Shown piece after piece: positions 42,040 through 54,626 of a stretch of 64,000 nucleotides of DNA. A program made the translations under genes and the position numbers. Position 1 is the stretch's first letter, and every line of letters begins with the position of its first letter. The notes under the pieces were generated by a model. It worked only from the letters and a program-made list of their open reading frames with translations. It did no database searches and had not been told where the DNA came from. Source of the stretch: the human T2T-CHM13v2.0 reference genome, Homo sapiens; assembly GCF_009914755.1 (NCBI RefSeq), contig NC_060943.1. One strand, 5' to 3'.

Positions 42040-44209
42040 ATGGAAGAAGCGAGCCTGTGCCTTGGAGTGTCTTCGGCGGAGCCGGAAGCTGAGCCCCACC
42101 TGAGTGGCCCCGTCCTCAACGGCCAGTATGCCATGAGTCAGAAGCTGCACCAGATCACCTCCCAGCTCAGCCATGCCTTCCCCGAGCTCCATCCCCGGCC
42201 CAACCCCGAGGAGAAGCCCCCCGCATCCCTGGAGGAGAAGGCCCACGTGCCCATGAGCGGCCAGCCCATGGGCAGTCAGATGGCGCTCCTGGCCAACCAG
42301 CTGGGCCGGGAGGTGGACACCAGCCTCAACGGGAGGGTGGACTTGCAGCAGTTCCTCAACGGGCAGAACCTGGGCATCATGTCCCAGATGAGCGACATCG
42401 AGGACGACGCCCGCAAGAACCGCAAGTACCCGTGCCCACTCTGCGGCAAGCGCTTCCGCTTCAACAGCATCCTCTCCCTGCACATGCGCACGCACACGGG
42501 CGAGAAGCCCTTCAAGTGCCCGTACTGCGACCACAGGGCGGCGCAGAAGGGGAACCTCAAGATTCACCTGCGGACCCACAAGCTGGGCAACCTGGGCAAG
42601 GGGCGTGGGCGTGTGCGCGAGGAGAACCGCCTGCTGCACGAGCTGGAGGAGCGCGCCATCCTGCGGGACAAGCAGCTGAAAGGCAGCCTGCTGCAGCCCC
42701 GGCCGGACCTGAAGCCCCCGCCGCACGCCCAGCAGGCCCCGCTGGCCGCCTGCACCCTGGCCCTGCAGGCTAACCACAGCGTTCCCGACGTGGCCCACCC
42801 GGTGCCCTCGCCCAAGCCTGCCAGCGTGCAGGAGGACGCGGTGGCCCCGGCGGCGGGCTTCCGCTGTACCTTCTGCAAGGGCAAGTTCAAGAAGCGCGAG
42901 GAGCTGGACCGCCACATCCGCATCTTGCACAAGCCCTACAAGTGCACGTTGTGCGACTTCGCGGCTTCGCAGGAGGAGGAGCTCATCAGCCACGTGGAGA
43001 AGGCACACATCACGGCCGAGTCGGCCCAGGGCCAGGGCCCCAACGGCGGTGGCGAGCAGTCGGCCAACGAGTTCCGCTGCGAGGTGTGCGGTCAGGTGTT
43101 CAGCCAGGCGTGGTTCCTCAAGGGTCACATGCGCAAGCACAAAGACTCCTTTGAGCACTGCTGCCAGATCTGCGGCCGGCGCTTCAAGGAGCCCTGGTTC
43201 CTCAAGAACCACATGAAGGTCCACCTCAACAAGCTGTCGGTGAAGAACAAGTCCCCCAGCGACCCCGAGGTGCCTGTGCCCATGGGCGGCATGTCCCAGG
43301 AGGCCCACGCCAACCTGTACTCCAGGTACCTCTCCTGCCTGCAGAGTGGCTTCATGACCCCGGACAAAGCCGGCCTGAGCGAGCCCAGCCAGCTCTATGG
43401 CAAGGGCGAGCTGCCCATGAAGGAGAAGGAAGCGCTGGGGAAGCTGCTGTCTCCCATCTCCAGCATGGCCCACGGCGTCCCGGAGGGGGACAAGCACTCC
43501 CTCCTGGGATGCCTCAATCTCGTGCCGCCGCTGAAATCCAGCTGCATCGAGCGGCTGCAGGCGGCTGCCAAGGCTGCGGAGATGGACCCCGTGAACAGCT
43601 ACCAGGCTTGGCAGCTCATGGCCAGGGGCATGGCCATGGAACATGGCTTCTTGTCTAAAGAGCATCCGCTGCAGCGCAACCACGAAGACACTTTGGCAAA
43701 CGCCGGGGTTCTGTTTGATAAGGAGAAGCGGGAGTACGTGTTAGTGGGAGCAGATGGCTCCAAGCAGAAAATGCCTGCTGATTTGGTTCACAGCACTAAA
43801 GTGGGCAGCCAGAGAGACCTGCCAAGTAAGCTCGACCCTTTAGAAAGCAGTCGGGATTTTTTGTCACACGGGCTGAACCAGACTCTCGAGTATAACCTGC
43901 AGGGTCCTGGGAACATGAAGGAGAAGCCCACCGAGTGCCCCGACTGCGGCCGGGTGTTCCGCACTTACCACCAGGTGGTCGTGCACTCCCGTGTCCACAA
44001 GCGGGACCGCAAGGGCGAGGAGGATGGGCTGCACGTGGGCCTGGATGAGCGGCGTGGCTCGGGCAGTGACCAGGAGTCCCAGTCGGTGAGCCGCTCCACC
44101 ACGCCGGGCTCCTCTAACGTCACCGAGGAGAGCGGGGTCGGAGGCGGCCTCTCCCAGACCGGGAGTGCCCAGGAGGACAGCCCGCACCCCTCCTCGCCAT
44201 CCTCCTCAG
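42040..44209 (+). CDS. ZNF536: Zinc finger protein 536, first coding exon (aa 1-723, ends in phase 1; gene continues beyond the window)
   Basis: ORF MEEASLCLGVSSAEPEAEPHLSGPVLNGQY... recognised as the ZNF536 N-terminus. Very high GC3, seven C2H2 fingers, acceptor ctctcttttcAG|GG ATG and donor TCAG|GTAGGT. 2170 coding nt = 723 codons + 1 nt. The ORF-track extension to 44370 is intron read-through. Confidence 0.97.
42427..42579 (+). other. ZNF536: C2H2 zinc fingers 1-2 (aa 130-180) with TGEKP linker
   Basis: YPCPLCGKRFRFNSILSLHMRTH-TGEKP-FKCPYCDHRAAQKGNLKIHLRTH. Confidence 0.95.
42859..43224 (+). other. ZNF536: C2H2 zinc fingers 3-6 (aa 274-395)
   Basis: FRCTFC...HIRILH; YKCTLC...HVEKAH; FRCEVC...HMRKH; HCCQIC...HMKVH. 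Confidence 0.95.
43930..43998 (+). other. ZNF536: C2H2 zinc finger 7 (aa 631-653)
   Basis: TECPDCGRVFRTYHQVVVHSRVH. Confidence 0.93.
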
Positions 44210-44215
44210 GTAGGT
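44207..44215 (+). promoter_or_regulatory. ZNF536: 5' splice donor of the coding exon
   Basis: CAG|GTAGGT; codon bias and CpG density drop immediately after it. Confidence 0.9.
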
Positions 44216-44442
44216 TAGCTGAGAAGCGGGGAGAAGCAGCTTGTACAGCAGCCCTGCTCAGGGCTGCCTGGTTCTGCTCCCAGGCCTCCAGTCAGTTCCA
44301 AGGCCAGTGGGTCTTGATTGAGGACAGGGGTGGGTTGGACACTGGGCCATGCCTTTCTTTCCCCCCCTGACTGGAGGGAAAGGGCCGTCCTTTCACCTCT
44401 TAGGCCTTCCCTTGAACACTGGCTACCAAGAAAGTAAGTTGA

Positions 44443-44856
<414 letters not shown>

Positions 44857-45287
44857 TCACCGCCTGACGCTGTCGGCCATCATCTGGTCTCTGGAACTCA
44901 GGAGCTGGCATTCTGCTCTATCCCTGGGTATGAATGTGTAAGTTCCAAACTTCACCATCTTTCTCTCCCCCTTAGCGTATTCCCATAATTCTCTCATGCA
45001 GGCACCGCAGTCTCCCTCCCCAAGCCAAACCTATCTTCTGGCCCCTTCCAAAATTACAACGTGGCTCACCTGCCAGATCCGTGTGACCTAAAGAGCCCCA
45101 CCACTTTCCTCTGATGGTTTGGAAAAGTACAGGCATTTGAAACACAGACGCATGACTGTTCTGTCTTAAATTGTACTGTGTTACACGGCTGATACAGCTT
45201 TGGGGTCTAAAATAGCAAAGCAGAAAATCTGTCATCAAAATGTCTGTGAAATTATGAAGCTTCCTGGCCCAGTTTAAAAAAAAAACC

Positions 45288-45320
45288 AAAACAACAACAA
45301 CAACAACAACAACAACAAAA
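45288..45320. repeat. (AAC)n microsatellite
   Basis: aacaacaac... run. Confidence 0.9.
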
Positions 45321-48300
45321 CACGCTAGCCTCAGACGGCTAAATTAAAATCACCACCTAACAGCAGGTAAGGCGTTGCCTTCATCCATATTTCCAAAGCC
45401 CCTTACTAATGGATAGTAAATTGAAAGTTATCTCTAGCCCTTTATAAAGAAAGCACCTCGCTAATACTGTAATCATTCTGCAGCCTAACAACAGAGGAAA
45501 TCATGCCATAACAAATACCCTGTTACTAATGGCAACATTGATTTCTGCAATCAGCCATTAAGTCTAGAAAATGAAAGACAGTTTGAGGCACCTCGAGGCA
45601 CTGCCTTGCCCACTGTTAAAGACGTAGCAGCACCCTGTTGAGGGTCATTTTTTAAAAGTTTTTTCTTCTTTCTTGATCCCCCCCACCCTCACTCTTTGGT
45701 TTAGATACCTATTTCGATCTTGGAGGCAATTCACTGCTGCACTTATTAAGTAGATGCCAGTTTTAGCTTTGCTGTTATAGTCTTGCTTAAGCATACTCTT
45801 CTTCTAGGACAAAATTAGTATTAAAATAAAGTGGGACTCTGCCGGCTTATTACAAACCAGTAAAGAATTGTTAAGACACATAAATCTGGTCTGCACATTC
45901 CAGAGATTCCGATAGCACTTAATGCCGCTGCTTAAATACCCATGAAACACACTGTCTACTCCTGGAGTCCTAGACTTGTTTGGGATTTATTACGGATGAG
46001 ACACTTAGGAAGTGTCTAACCAGCAGCATGAGTGCCAAGGAGGCGTGAGGTCACACTACCTGGAGCGACTGTCACATGGAACATACTAAGATTCGAGGGA
46101 AGGGTTTTCACCATGTAAAGATAGATCCCTACTTGAGAGGCAGCCAAGTGCCAGGTGTCCCAATGTCAGGAGGAGCTCTTTCTGGCCTCCTAGGATGAGG
46201 TCTGCTCTTCTGGCATGTGTCGTTTCTGATTCTGGATTAGGACCTTTACAGGACAGGGTGCAGACAGCAAACTGGTTCCCCTAAGTTTTTAGAGTGACAT
46301 GGAGTTAACATTGACAGATTTCCATCCCTCTCTCAGACCTCCTGAAATGTAAGGGTCTCGGCAGAATATTCTGACACCAAATGTTCAGCTTCATTAATGA
46401 CGTGTTTACCGTGTTTTTCTCACCTTCTGGCCAAGTGATAGCCTCATGCTATTCCTATCTCTGTTGCTTGCCTATCTCTCAGTGCTTGGTTGAAAAAACC
46501 CATTTTGCTTAAAAAGAACCAACCGTGCTCATGACTCAAAAGAGAATTATACTTGAGTTGTGGTTATCTTCTCACTTTTATTTCCCCTCATTGAAGTATT
46601 TTACAATTGTGAATACTGATTCTTTCATTTCTGGTTGACTTCTTTGTTTTCTTCATATTCAAATTAGACCCTTTCATAATTTTCTGACTAAGTAGGAGAA
46701 TTGAGGGCATACCAATATACAACCCGAATCAGCTGTGCGTCTGGGGCATTCAGGTTTCCCTGGGATTTAGGACTCTTAACCAAATCTGGTTAGTCCTCCC
46801 TCTTATTTCCAACAAGTTTGACTTGTATAGAAGTGCGATTAAAATAAGCATTTAAATAAAAATCTGGATACAATGGGTATTTTATTATTACCTGTTAAAG
46901 AGAAACCTGCAAGGTGAAGGAGAGAGAGAGAAAAAATCTTTAAGCCCTTAAGTAAAGAAAGAAGTACTTATTAAGGCTTCTATTAAGAAATAACTGCAAA
47001 ACACGGTTTTACAAATTTCTCAGACTGCATAACAATGTCGCAAAACTTAATTTGCATCACTTGATTCTTTTTTTTGTTGAAAACTGGGTCAGTAGGGCCT
47101 GAGAAACTATTTTTTCAGATCTTAACCAATGAATTCTTCTTTATAAATCGCTGCTCTTAACATGATAGTAGTTCTGAATTCATCATAAAAAACCTTTTTA
47201 CAGAGCCTCTTAGAACAGATCTCTAGAAGAAGGCTTACAATGAGTGGCAGAGACGTCCTTTGTTATCTGATGTAATTCTTTGCAAAGAAGGATTGGGAAC
47301 GGAGTGGCTGTTTAAAAATGTCTTGCTCAGACCGAGATGAAGAAGGGGTCAAGTTTGCAATCAAACAGTTATTGCCGAGATGGGCGACTGTCACTGGCTA
47401 GGCTAATGTGGGATGCAGCTGTTTGTTATGTGAGCAAAAGAATGTTTGAATCAGTGAACATGTGAAAATGATTCCAGTGAACCAGAAAATGTGTTTGTTC
47501 TTTGGCTCTCCAAACTGCTGAGAACCAAGCTTAAGATCAACTGCGAAAACTAGGACCTCTGACAAATTGAGAGGTCATATTTTCTAACAGAAAATGGACA
47601 AAACTAGTCACACAGATCACTTCCCCATCTTCCCCCTTTGTTTTATTTTTGTTTTGTTGTTGTTTATTTGACTTACCAGTAATTTCACACCGTGGTCAAT
47701 GTCATTCAATGTAGCCTCCGTGTACAATGCAAAGAGAAACTGTTTGGAAAGCAGCAGCTTATTAATTTTACTTTTATGGCATTTAGAAAGCGGGGTGGCT
47801 GTTTCGATGCCTCCTCATTTCTGGCTTGCATGCAAACACTCTTATGGCATTAATCTTTGCATCTTTCTCTAAAACCTCCTCTAGGGCTGAGCTCGAATCC
47901 TCGCTTTGCTCTGAGTCAGAACACAACCAAAGTTCTGTTTCTTCAGATTTTGCTTTGGAAATCACACTCAGAATAATTAAAACTTAATGTACTAAGAAAT
48001 GATACTGTTCATTATATCCAACAGGGCAGTTACCTTCTGAATTCCACATAATTTTGGAGTGGGGATAATTGAAGTGTTGATGGTGGGAAGGGGGTAATTG
48101 AATGCATTGACCCTCTGTTCATTAAATAAAGTCGGCTAAGTTACAGGATCAATGGAAAGCCAGGGAGAGATGCGAAGATGAAAATATCGTTAACCCCTAC
48201 TACTTCTGGTATAATATTTTGAGATGGACAAGGATTATTTGGTCAGCTGGGCTAAAAGCCTTGCGAGGTCTTCTTTTGTTGTTAGAGCTGCATTCCTGAA

Positions 48301-49419
48301 ATGCTGGGTCTCCATCCCATTGACCACAGCATCAAAGGCCTTTATCTGGGGCGCTTTCGCATTTACATGGGGTGTATAGTGATATGATAGATTTTCTTTC
48401 TTTTCCACCTCTTTTTCTCATGTGGCTCCCCCTCCCTGCCCCCGTTCACGATAACCGGTGCCTGCTCCACACACAAACAAATCCAGGCACCCAAAAGAAG
48501 AAAAAGAAAAAGAAAAAGAAAAAAAATTTGAGTTTGAGGATTAAGATCTTCATTTTTTTTTTTTTTTTTGCTTGTGCATTCCAATTGTTCTTAAAATATT
48601 TGGCAATGTCAATTAGTAACTGAGCAGAGTTAGCTGATGAACACAATTTTCCAGTAGACTGAGCACCCTATTGTTGCCGAGCGAACAGCAGATTTCTGAG
48701 GTCATTATCATTCGCTGGTTGCTTGGCCCAGCTGCTTCCTGCTGCAAAAGCCAAACTTTATACCGGAGCTCGGGGAGGCTGCAGCAACAGGGGGCTGGAG
48801 GGGGGGAGAGGGGAGCTGGCTGCAGAGCCGAAGACAGTCATTATCAGCAGAGGAAACAGAAAGTAAAAGTTTCCAGGCAATTCCAGGAAAACTGCCGGAG
48901 CAGGCTTCTTCCTCCTGTTCCAGTCCAACCACCTTCCACCTCTAGGCAGGGAATTAAAAAGGACTTGGGGAGACCCCCCTGGGCATGGTGGCAGCTAATC
49001 TCTTTGTGGAGGAGAACTTTGGAAAACAATAATCCCATTTATAAATAATGCTTAAAAATTTTTTTAGCCCAGGCTCAAGCATGTGAGTGATGCCCTCTTA
49101 GATAGCCTCCTTCATTGTTATATATTTAAAAAATCATTTTAAAAATGATATTAGGAACTTGAAATTAGTCAATTTGGGGATGACAAATAGGCAACATTAT
49201 TTAATTTTCCAGAGGGACCTTATGAACAGATCATAGTCTGAGATTCCTTTTAAAATCACATTTAGCCTTAAAGGTTCCCCCTACGCCTCCCCCTGTCCCC
49301 TGCTTCCTTATTTTTCTGCCCCCAGCCCACCCCAACTCCAGCCTTCCTTCCCCACCTCCTAATTTGGGAACTGGTTCAGTGAGATGAAAAGCTGCACTTT
49401 TTTTAAAGCTCAGCTGTGA

Positions 49420-49830
49420 AAGCCGAGCGCCATATGCAGCCCTTCGGTCTCTGCCGTGGAAGCGTGTGCAGGCGGCCGCCGTGTTTGCGGAGATTTACGG
49501 AGGATCGGCTCGTGTGTGCCGAAGCTGTGCCCAGGCGGACGCCGGCCAAGGCCCGTCCCCTGAGCTGAGAGCCGAGAGCTGAGGTGGCCGCCCGCCTAGG
49601 CGAATAAGCCGGCTGGTCAGGTGGCTCCTGGGGAATGTCAGATGGGGCACAGGGTCAGAGGCCCCCGTGTCTTCCCCTGGCGGCCACCTTTCCGCTGGGG
49701 CCCAAGGGTGGTCTGTCCACTTGGGACGCCCTGCTCGTGCCGGGATCGCCGTTGCTCTCAGATGCTGGTTCATGTGCGGCTGTCACATCATCCTCCTCCT
49801 TCCCCGGAGCCGGATGCCTACCAGCAGTTT
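49420..49830. promoter_or_regulatory. Small intronic CpG-rich element (candidate enhancer or alternative promoter)
   Basis: Non-repetitive CpG-dense segment (gcggccgccg, gcggacgccggcc, ggccgcccgcc) within a CpG-poor intron. Confidence 0.5.
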
Positions 49831-52800
49831 CTTTTTATAAACTTCCCATTCACTTGGTAGACTTGTATCATCTCGTGCTTAGGAGCGATGATTTGGGAAC
49901 AATCAGTAACACTTCGGGGCTTTTACCATCTTTCTGACCCCTTTACATGGAGCCATAAATCCCGCTTCTCCGGGGCTGCTTGATGCCAGTCCACCGTCAC
50001 TTGGCATTTCAGAAAGAGGGTACTTGCACAGGCTCTGAAAGTCTTCAGACTAGGAGTGTAACATCAGAGATGTGTGGCATAAAATTGCAGAGGCAGAGCA
50101 CCCTCTCTGCTCCAGCACTTAACAGGCAGGACATGGTTTTGCTTGTGAGGGATTAGATTCGAGGCCGCGGAGTCACTCAAATGTGTTTCTCTGGCGGCCT
50201 CACTTGGCCCATCTGTGGGATGGACACCGCTGTTGCCTGGGCTGCCCTTCTGTTTCCAACACTCCTGCCCACGGAGCTTCTGAGGAGCTCCATGAAGCTC
50301 TCCTCCCTATGCATGTTAGCGCAAGGGACGGAACAGTTCATTTAAACCTAAATTTAATGGAAATAAGGAAAACATAGATTAGCTAAGGACAGGTTACAAT
50401 GAGGCAAGGAATTAAGCGGTCAATTTTCAAAACAGAGCTTGAAGCATTAGCTGCGTGATTTCCATTGACTCGAATGGGAGGTTCCAGGCTCAGGTCTTGA
50501 CCACCACCTTGGGTGTGTTGGGGTGGGAGTTAGTAATTTGCTTTGCAGACAGCCACAAGGTGTCCCTTGATTGATGGTTTGGCCAGAAGCAGGTATCACG
50601 AGCTTCCAGGATCTGACTCTTACCCACTCCCATGCTTACCATGCACTCAGGTAGCTGGGAAATGATGCCCACTGTGTTATGTGAGCCCTGCCAGGGGCCA
50701 CTTCTGCAGAGCTGGGGCAGCCTCTGCATAGAGGGCAGATTGGGGTCCTTCTGGCCGCCCAGATCCCTTCACTGCCAGGTTGCTTATCTTTCTAATTCTT
50801 TCTCTGGTTTGAAGCTTTGTGTCCTGTTCATAGGAAGTGCGTTCCCAGGAAGGGTAAGGTAAGACTTTCTTCCTCTACATCTCAGTGCATTTCCCACGTC
50901 TGCCCCTTCTCCCTGAGAAGTTTCTGGCAGGTAGCCCTGATGTCTCAAAGGGGTGGGGACAGGGCTGGCTTCAACAAGGCCTGTTATACTGGCCTCGATA
51001 TTCCACTGGTTCTAGAGAGAGACCGTGGGTATACTTGGAGACCTAGAGATGGAGACAGTGAATTTCATGGGAAAGAACTGTGCAGGGAGCATTTGGAAGC
51101 CTTTTGAGCCTGGGAAGTCAGGGGAGTGAGTAGTTAACTCCTTTACCCGTAGAGCTGTTTTGGAGCATTGATGGCAGGGGTGGAGAAACACCTGCAGAGA
51201 TCAGGAGATTGGATTTGTGCACACTTCCCAAATCCGTGATGATTGGACTGGAACCTTTGCCATCTGTGACCCTTGGGCCTGTTTGCTGCCCTTCTGGGTG
51301 TCTCACCTCCCTTCGTCTTCCTCTCCTCTGTCGGCATCTGATGGGTGCATCTCTCCACCCTTGTTGATGGTGCTGGCATGTGGAGGAAGGAGGCGGGGGC
51401 TGAGCGAGGCTTGCAAATGCAGAGGAAAGGGGCTCTCCAAGAGGGGTGCATGGTGTCGGGGGGGTGGGCAGGTGGTGGGGGGACTCTGATCTCCCCAGGA
51501 AGTGAGCTTTGCTGCAGCTGAGAGCGGCCATGGGTCCCCCTTGTCTTTTGCTGGCAGGATGGGGCGATGGCAACATTTACTTAAGCTGTGGAGTCTGGCA
51601 CTGCCGCAGCCAGGCGCCATCTGGAAAGCCCTTTTCAGAAAGCTGTGTCCCCCCCACCCCCAAAAGGAACTTAGGGGAACAGGACTTGGGCAGAGCTGTG
51701 GGACTTGTTTCTTGGGCAGAACCTGCTCACTGAGGCACCTGAGCCGGGCTGGGTTTCCCTGGGAGCCAGGTAGATAAGACAGGTCTACCTCGGGGTGCAT
51801 GTGGGCTCTTTGCTGTCTGTGGGGCCCTCGGTTCATCCTCGAGCCAGGTCTGGTTTAGGTTTACTAGGGCTGTATTTTCCATCTATTTGTTTTGTGTTGC
51901 ATTTTGCTTACTCTCTTCACCTAAGTCCTTGTATATTGTGAGTATGATGGGGTGGCGCCAGCCGGGATTGGTCAGTGACTGTTCCTTCCCTGTAATAGCA
52001 GGGCTGATTAGCAGAATATAAGAAATGAATGCTGTGCCTCTGAAATGTGCCTGTGAGACAGGATCTAGAACTCAGCGGCTCAGCTTGCAACAAACAGGGC
52101 AAACTAAGCACAGAGATTTGCTACCATCCTTTCCCTGAGCCACATCTTCAAAAAAGACTGCAGAGTCCCAAAACAATGCGTGTCTGAACAAACACCATCT
52201 TCAGCTACCTGATGGGTGGGCCTGGGCAAAACGGGGGCCATGCCGAAAGCAAGGGCAGCAGTCCAGGCAGAATTCATTTGCCTCCTGTTTCCACCACCCC
52301 CAAGAGAAAGTTGTCCAGGGCTTAGCTTCTTGTGGGACCCATCTCTTTGTTGCTGTGAGCCTTGGGGTTTTTGTGTGACATGTGGCATGTGTCTGGGAGA
52401 AGCGAGAGGCATAGCACAAGCTGACTCCTTGGCTTGGCTGCCCACCACACCACATGGGAGGCCGGCCCTCCCCTTAACGGTGCCCAGCCAGGAGGCTGCC
52501 TCCAATGTGGGCATGAGGACGGGCTTGGCTTTAACACCTCCTCACTTGCTTCCAAAGGACAGGGTCATTTTCCAGCTTTTCTTGCAAGCAGTGTCTACCT
52601 TTAGGAACCTTTCAGTTTTACTCTGTGCCATGGGGCCCAGGGCATTTCACGGAGAAATCAGTCCTTTCCTTTACAGAGGCAACTTGTAGGACTAGACTTT
52701 TGGCCAACGCTAGTTTCTTTTCTTTTGTCTGACCTCAGTTCCAAAACCATTTGATGCACGATGAAACAGGATCGCGCCACAGTGCTCTCTTCTCTTCATT

Positions 52801-53211
52801 AAAGTAATGTCCAGAAACTCTTAGCACAGTGGTGGTCATCGTGGCTTTTGGACACTCTCAGTTGTCCTCAATCATCTTGAGAGGCATTCTGGAACATGTT
52901 CAACATGTTAACGTTGAGTTCAACATGAAGTGTATGCAGTGGTGGTTTTCTTGAAGATCAAGACAGATACATGCTTCTCTTTATTGCTAAATATGTATAT
53001 TTTTAAATTTGTTGCTAAAATATGTGTTTTTATTTTCGTTTCATTTCATTTTTTAAAAACTCAGTAGTTTGCCCTGAAAAATTGGAGTGATCCTGCAGCA
53101 AAGCTGCTATGTGGCATCATAATCCCTGTTGAGAGAGAAGGCTTGGCAGTGTTCATGTCCGTCTCTGGCTGGGGCCAGACCCCTCGGAAATGTCCTTTTT
53201 AGTGACCTTCA

Positions 53212-53551
<340 letters not shown>

Positions 53552-53746
53552 CTACTTGGTCTCGTCCACGAGTCCCGTTCACTGACTTTATGATGCTGTT
53601 GTTGTTCAATGACTTCACTATTCTTTTTTTCTTACTATAAAGTAATTCTTGTTCATCTTGGACATTTAAGAGATACAGATAAATAAAAAATAAAAAAAAT
53701 TAAATGTGTATGCCTACCACCACTCAGGAATAATCACTGTGAACAC

Positions 53747-54295
<549 letters not shown>

Positions 54296-54431
54296 GTGAA
54301 CATTTTTAATTCATACTTTTCCAGTCCTTTTTATGCAACTAAAAATGTAGTTAGCCAAAAAGTACATACTTCTGTGTAAGTTCTTACTGAAATGTATGTC
54401 ATATTTTTTCTTGTCATTGAACATTTCCCAC

Positions 54432-54626
54432 CAGGATCAGCAAAGTTTTCCTGTAAAGAACCAGCTAATGAGTATTTTCGGCTTTGGGGGCCATGTGGTT
54501 TCTGTAGTAAACACTCAATTCTTTCATAAATAAGAGTGTGATGGTATTTCAATAAAACTTTATTGAAATTGCAAAAATTGGCAATGGTTCAGATTTGGAC
54601 CCTGGGCTGTTGCTTGCAGATTCCTG
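54432..54626. mobile_element. MER58-like hAT MITE
   Basis: caggatcagcaaagttttcctgtaaagaaccag...gtattttcggcttt...caataaaactttatt...gatttggacc; imperfect terminal inverted repeats cagg...cctg. Confidence 0.7.

Larger units (their letters stand above)
42070..44200. other. Intragenic (exonic) CpG island-like region
   Basis: High GC and dense CpG relative to the CpG-depleted introns; interrupted near 43650-43910. Confidence 0.75.

Noticed and set aside
42034-43683. 549-aa antisense ORF overlapping ZNF536
   Set aside because: Shadow ORF: it is in codon register with the sense frame, where extreme GC3 removes TTA/CTA/TCA codons. It ends where GC3 falls and has no recognisable domain.
44210-44370. 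C-terminal 53 aa of the 776-aa ORF as canonical CDS
   Set aside because: Lies beyond a consensus donor and codon bias is lost; kept only as a speculative isoform.
52892-52926. p53 response element (GAACATGTTC AACATGTT)
   Set aside because: One perfect half-site, but the CATG cores are 9 bp apart rather than 10, so the half-sites overlap; more likely short slippage palindromes.
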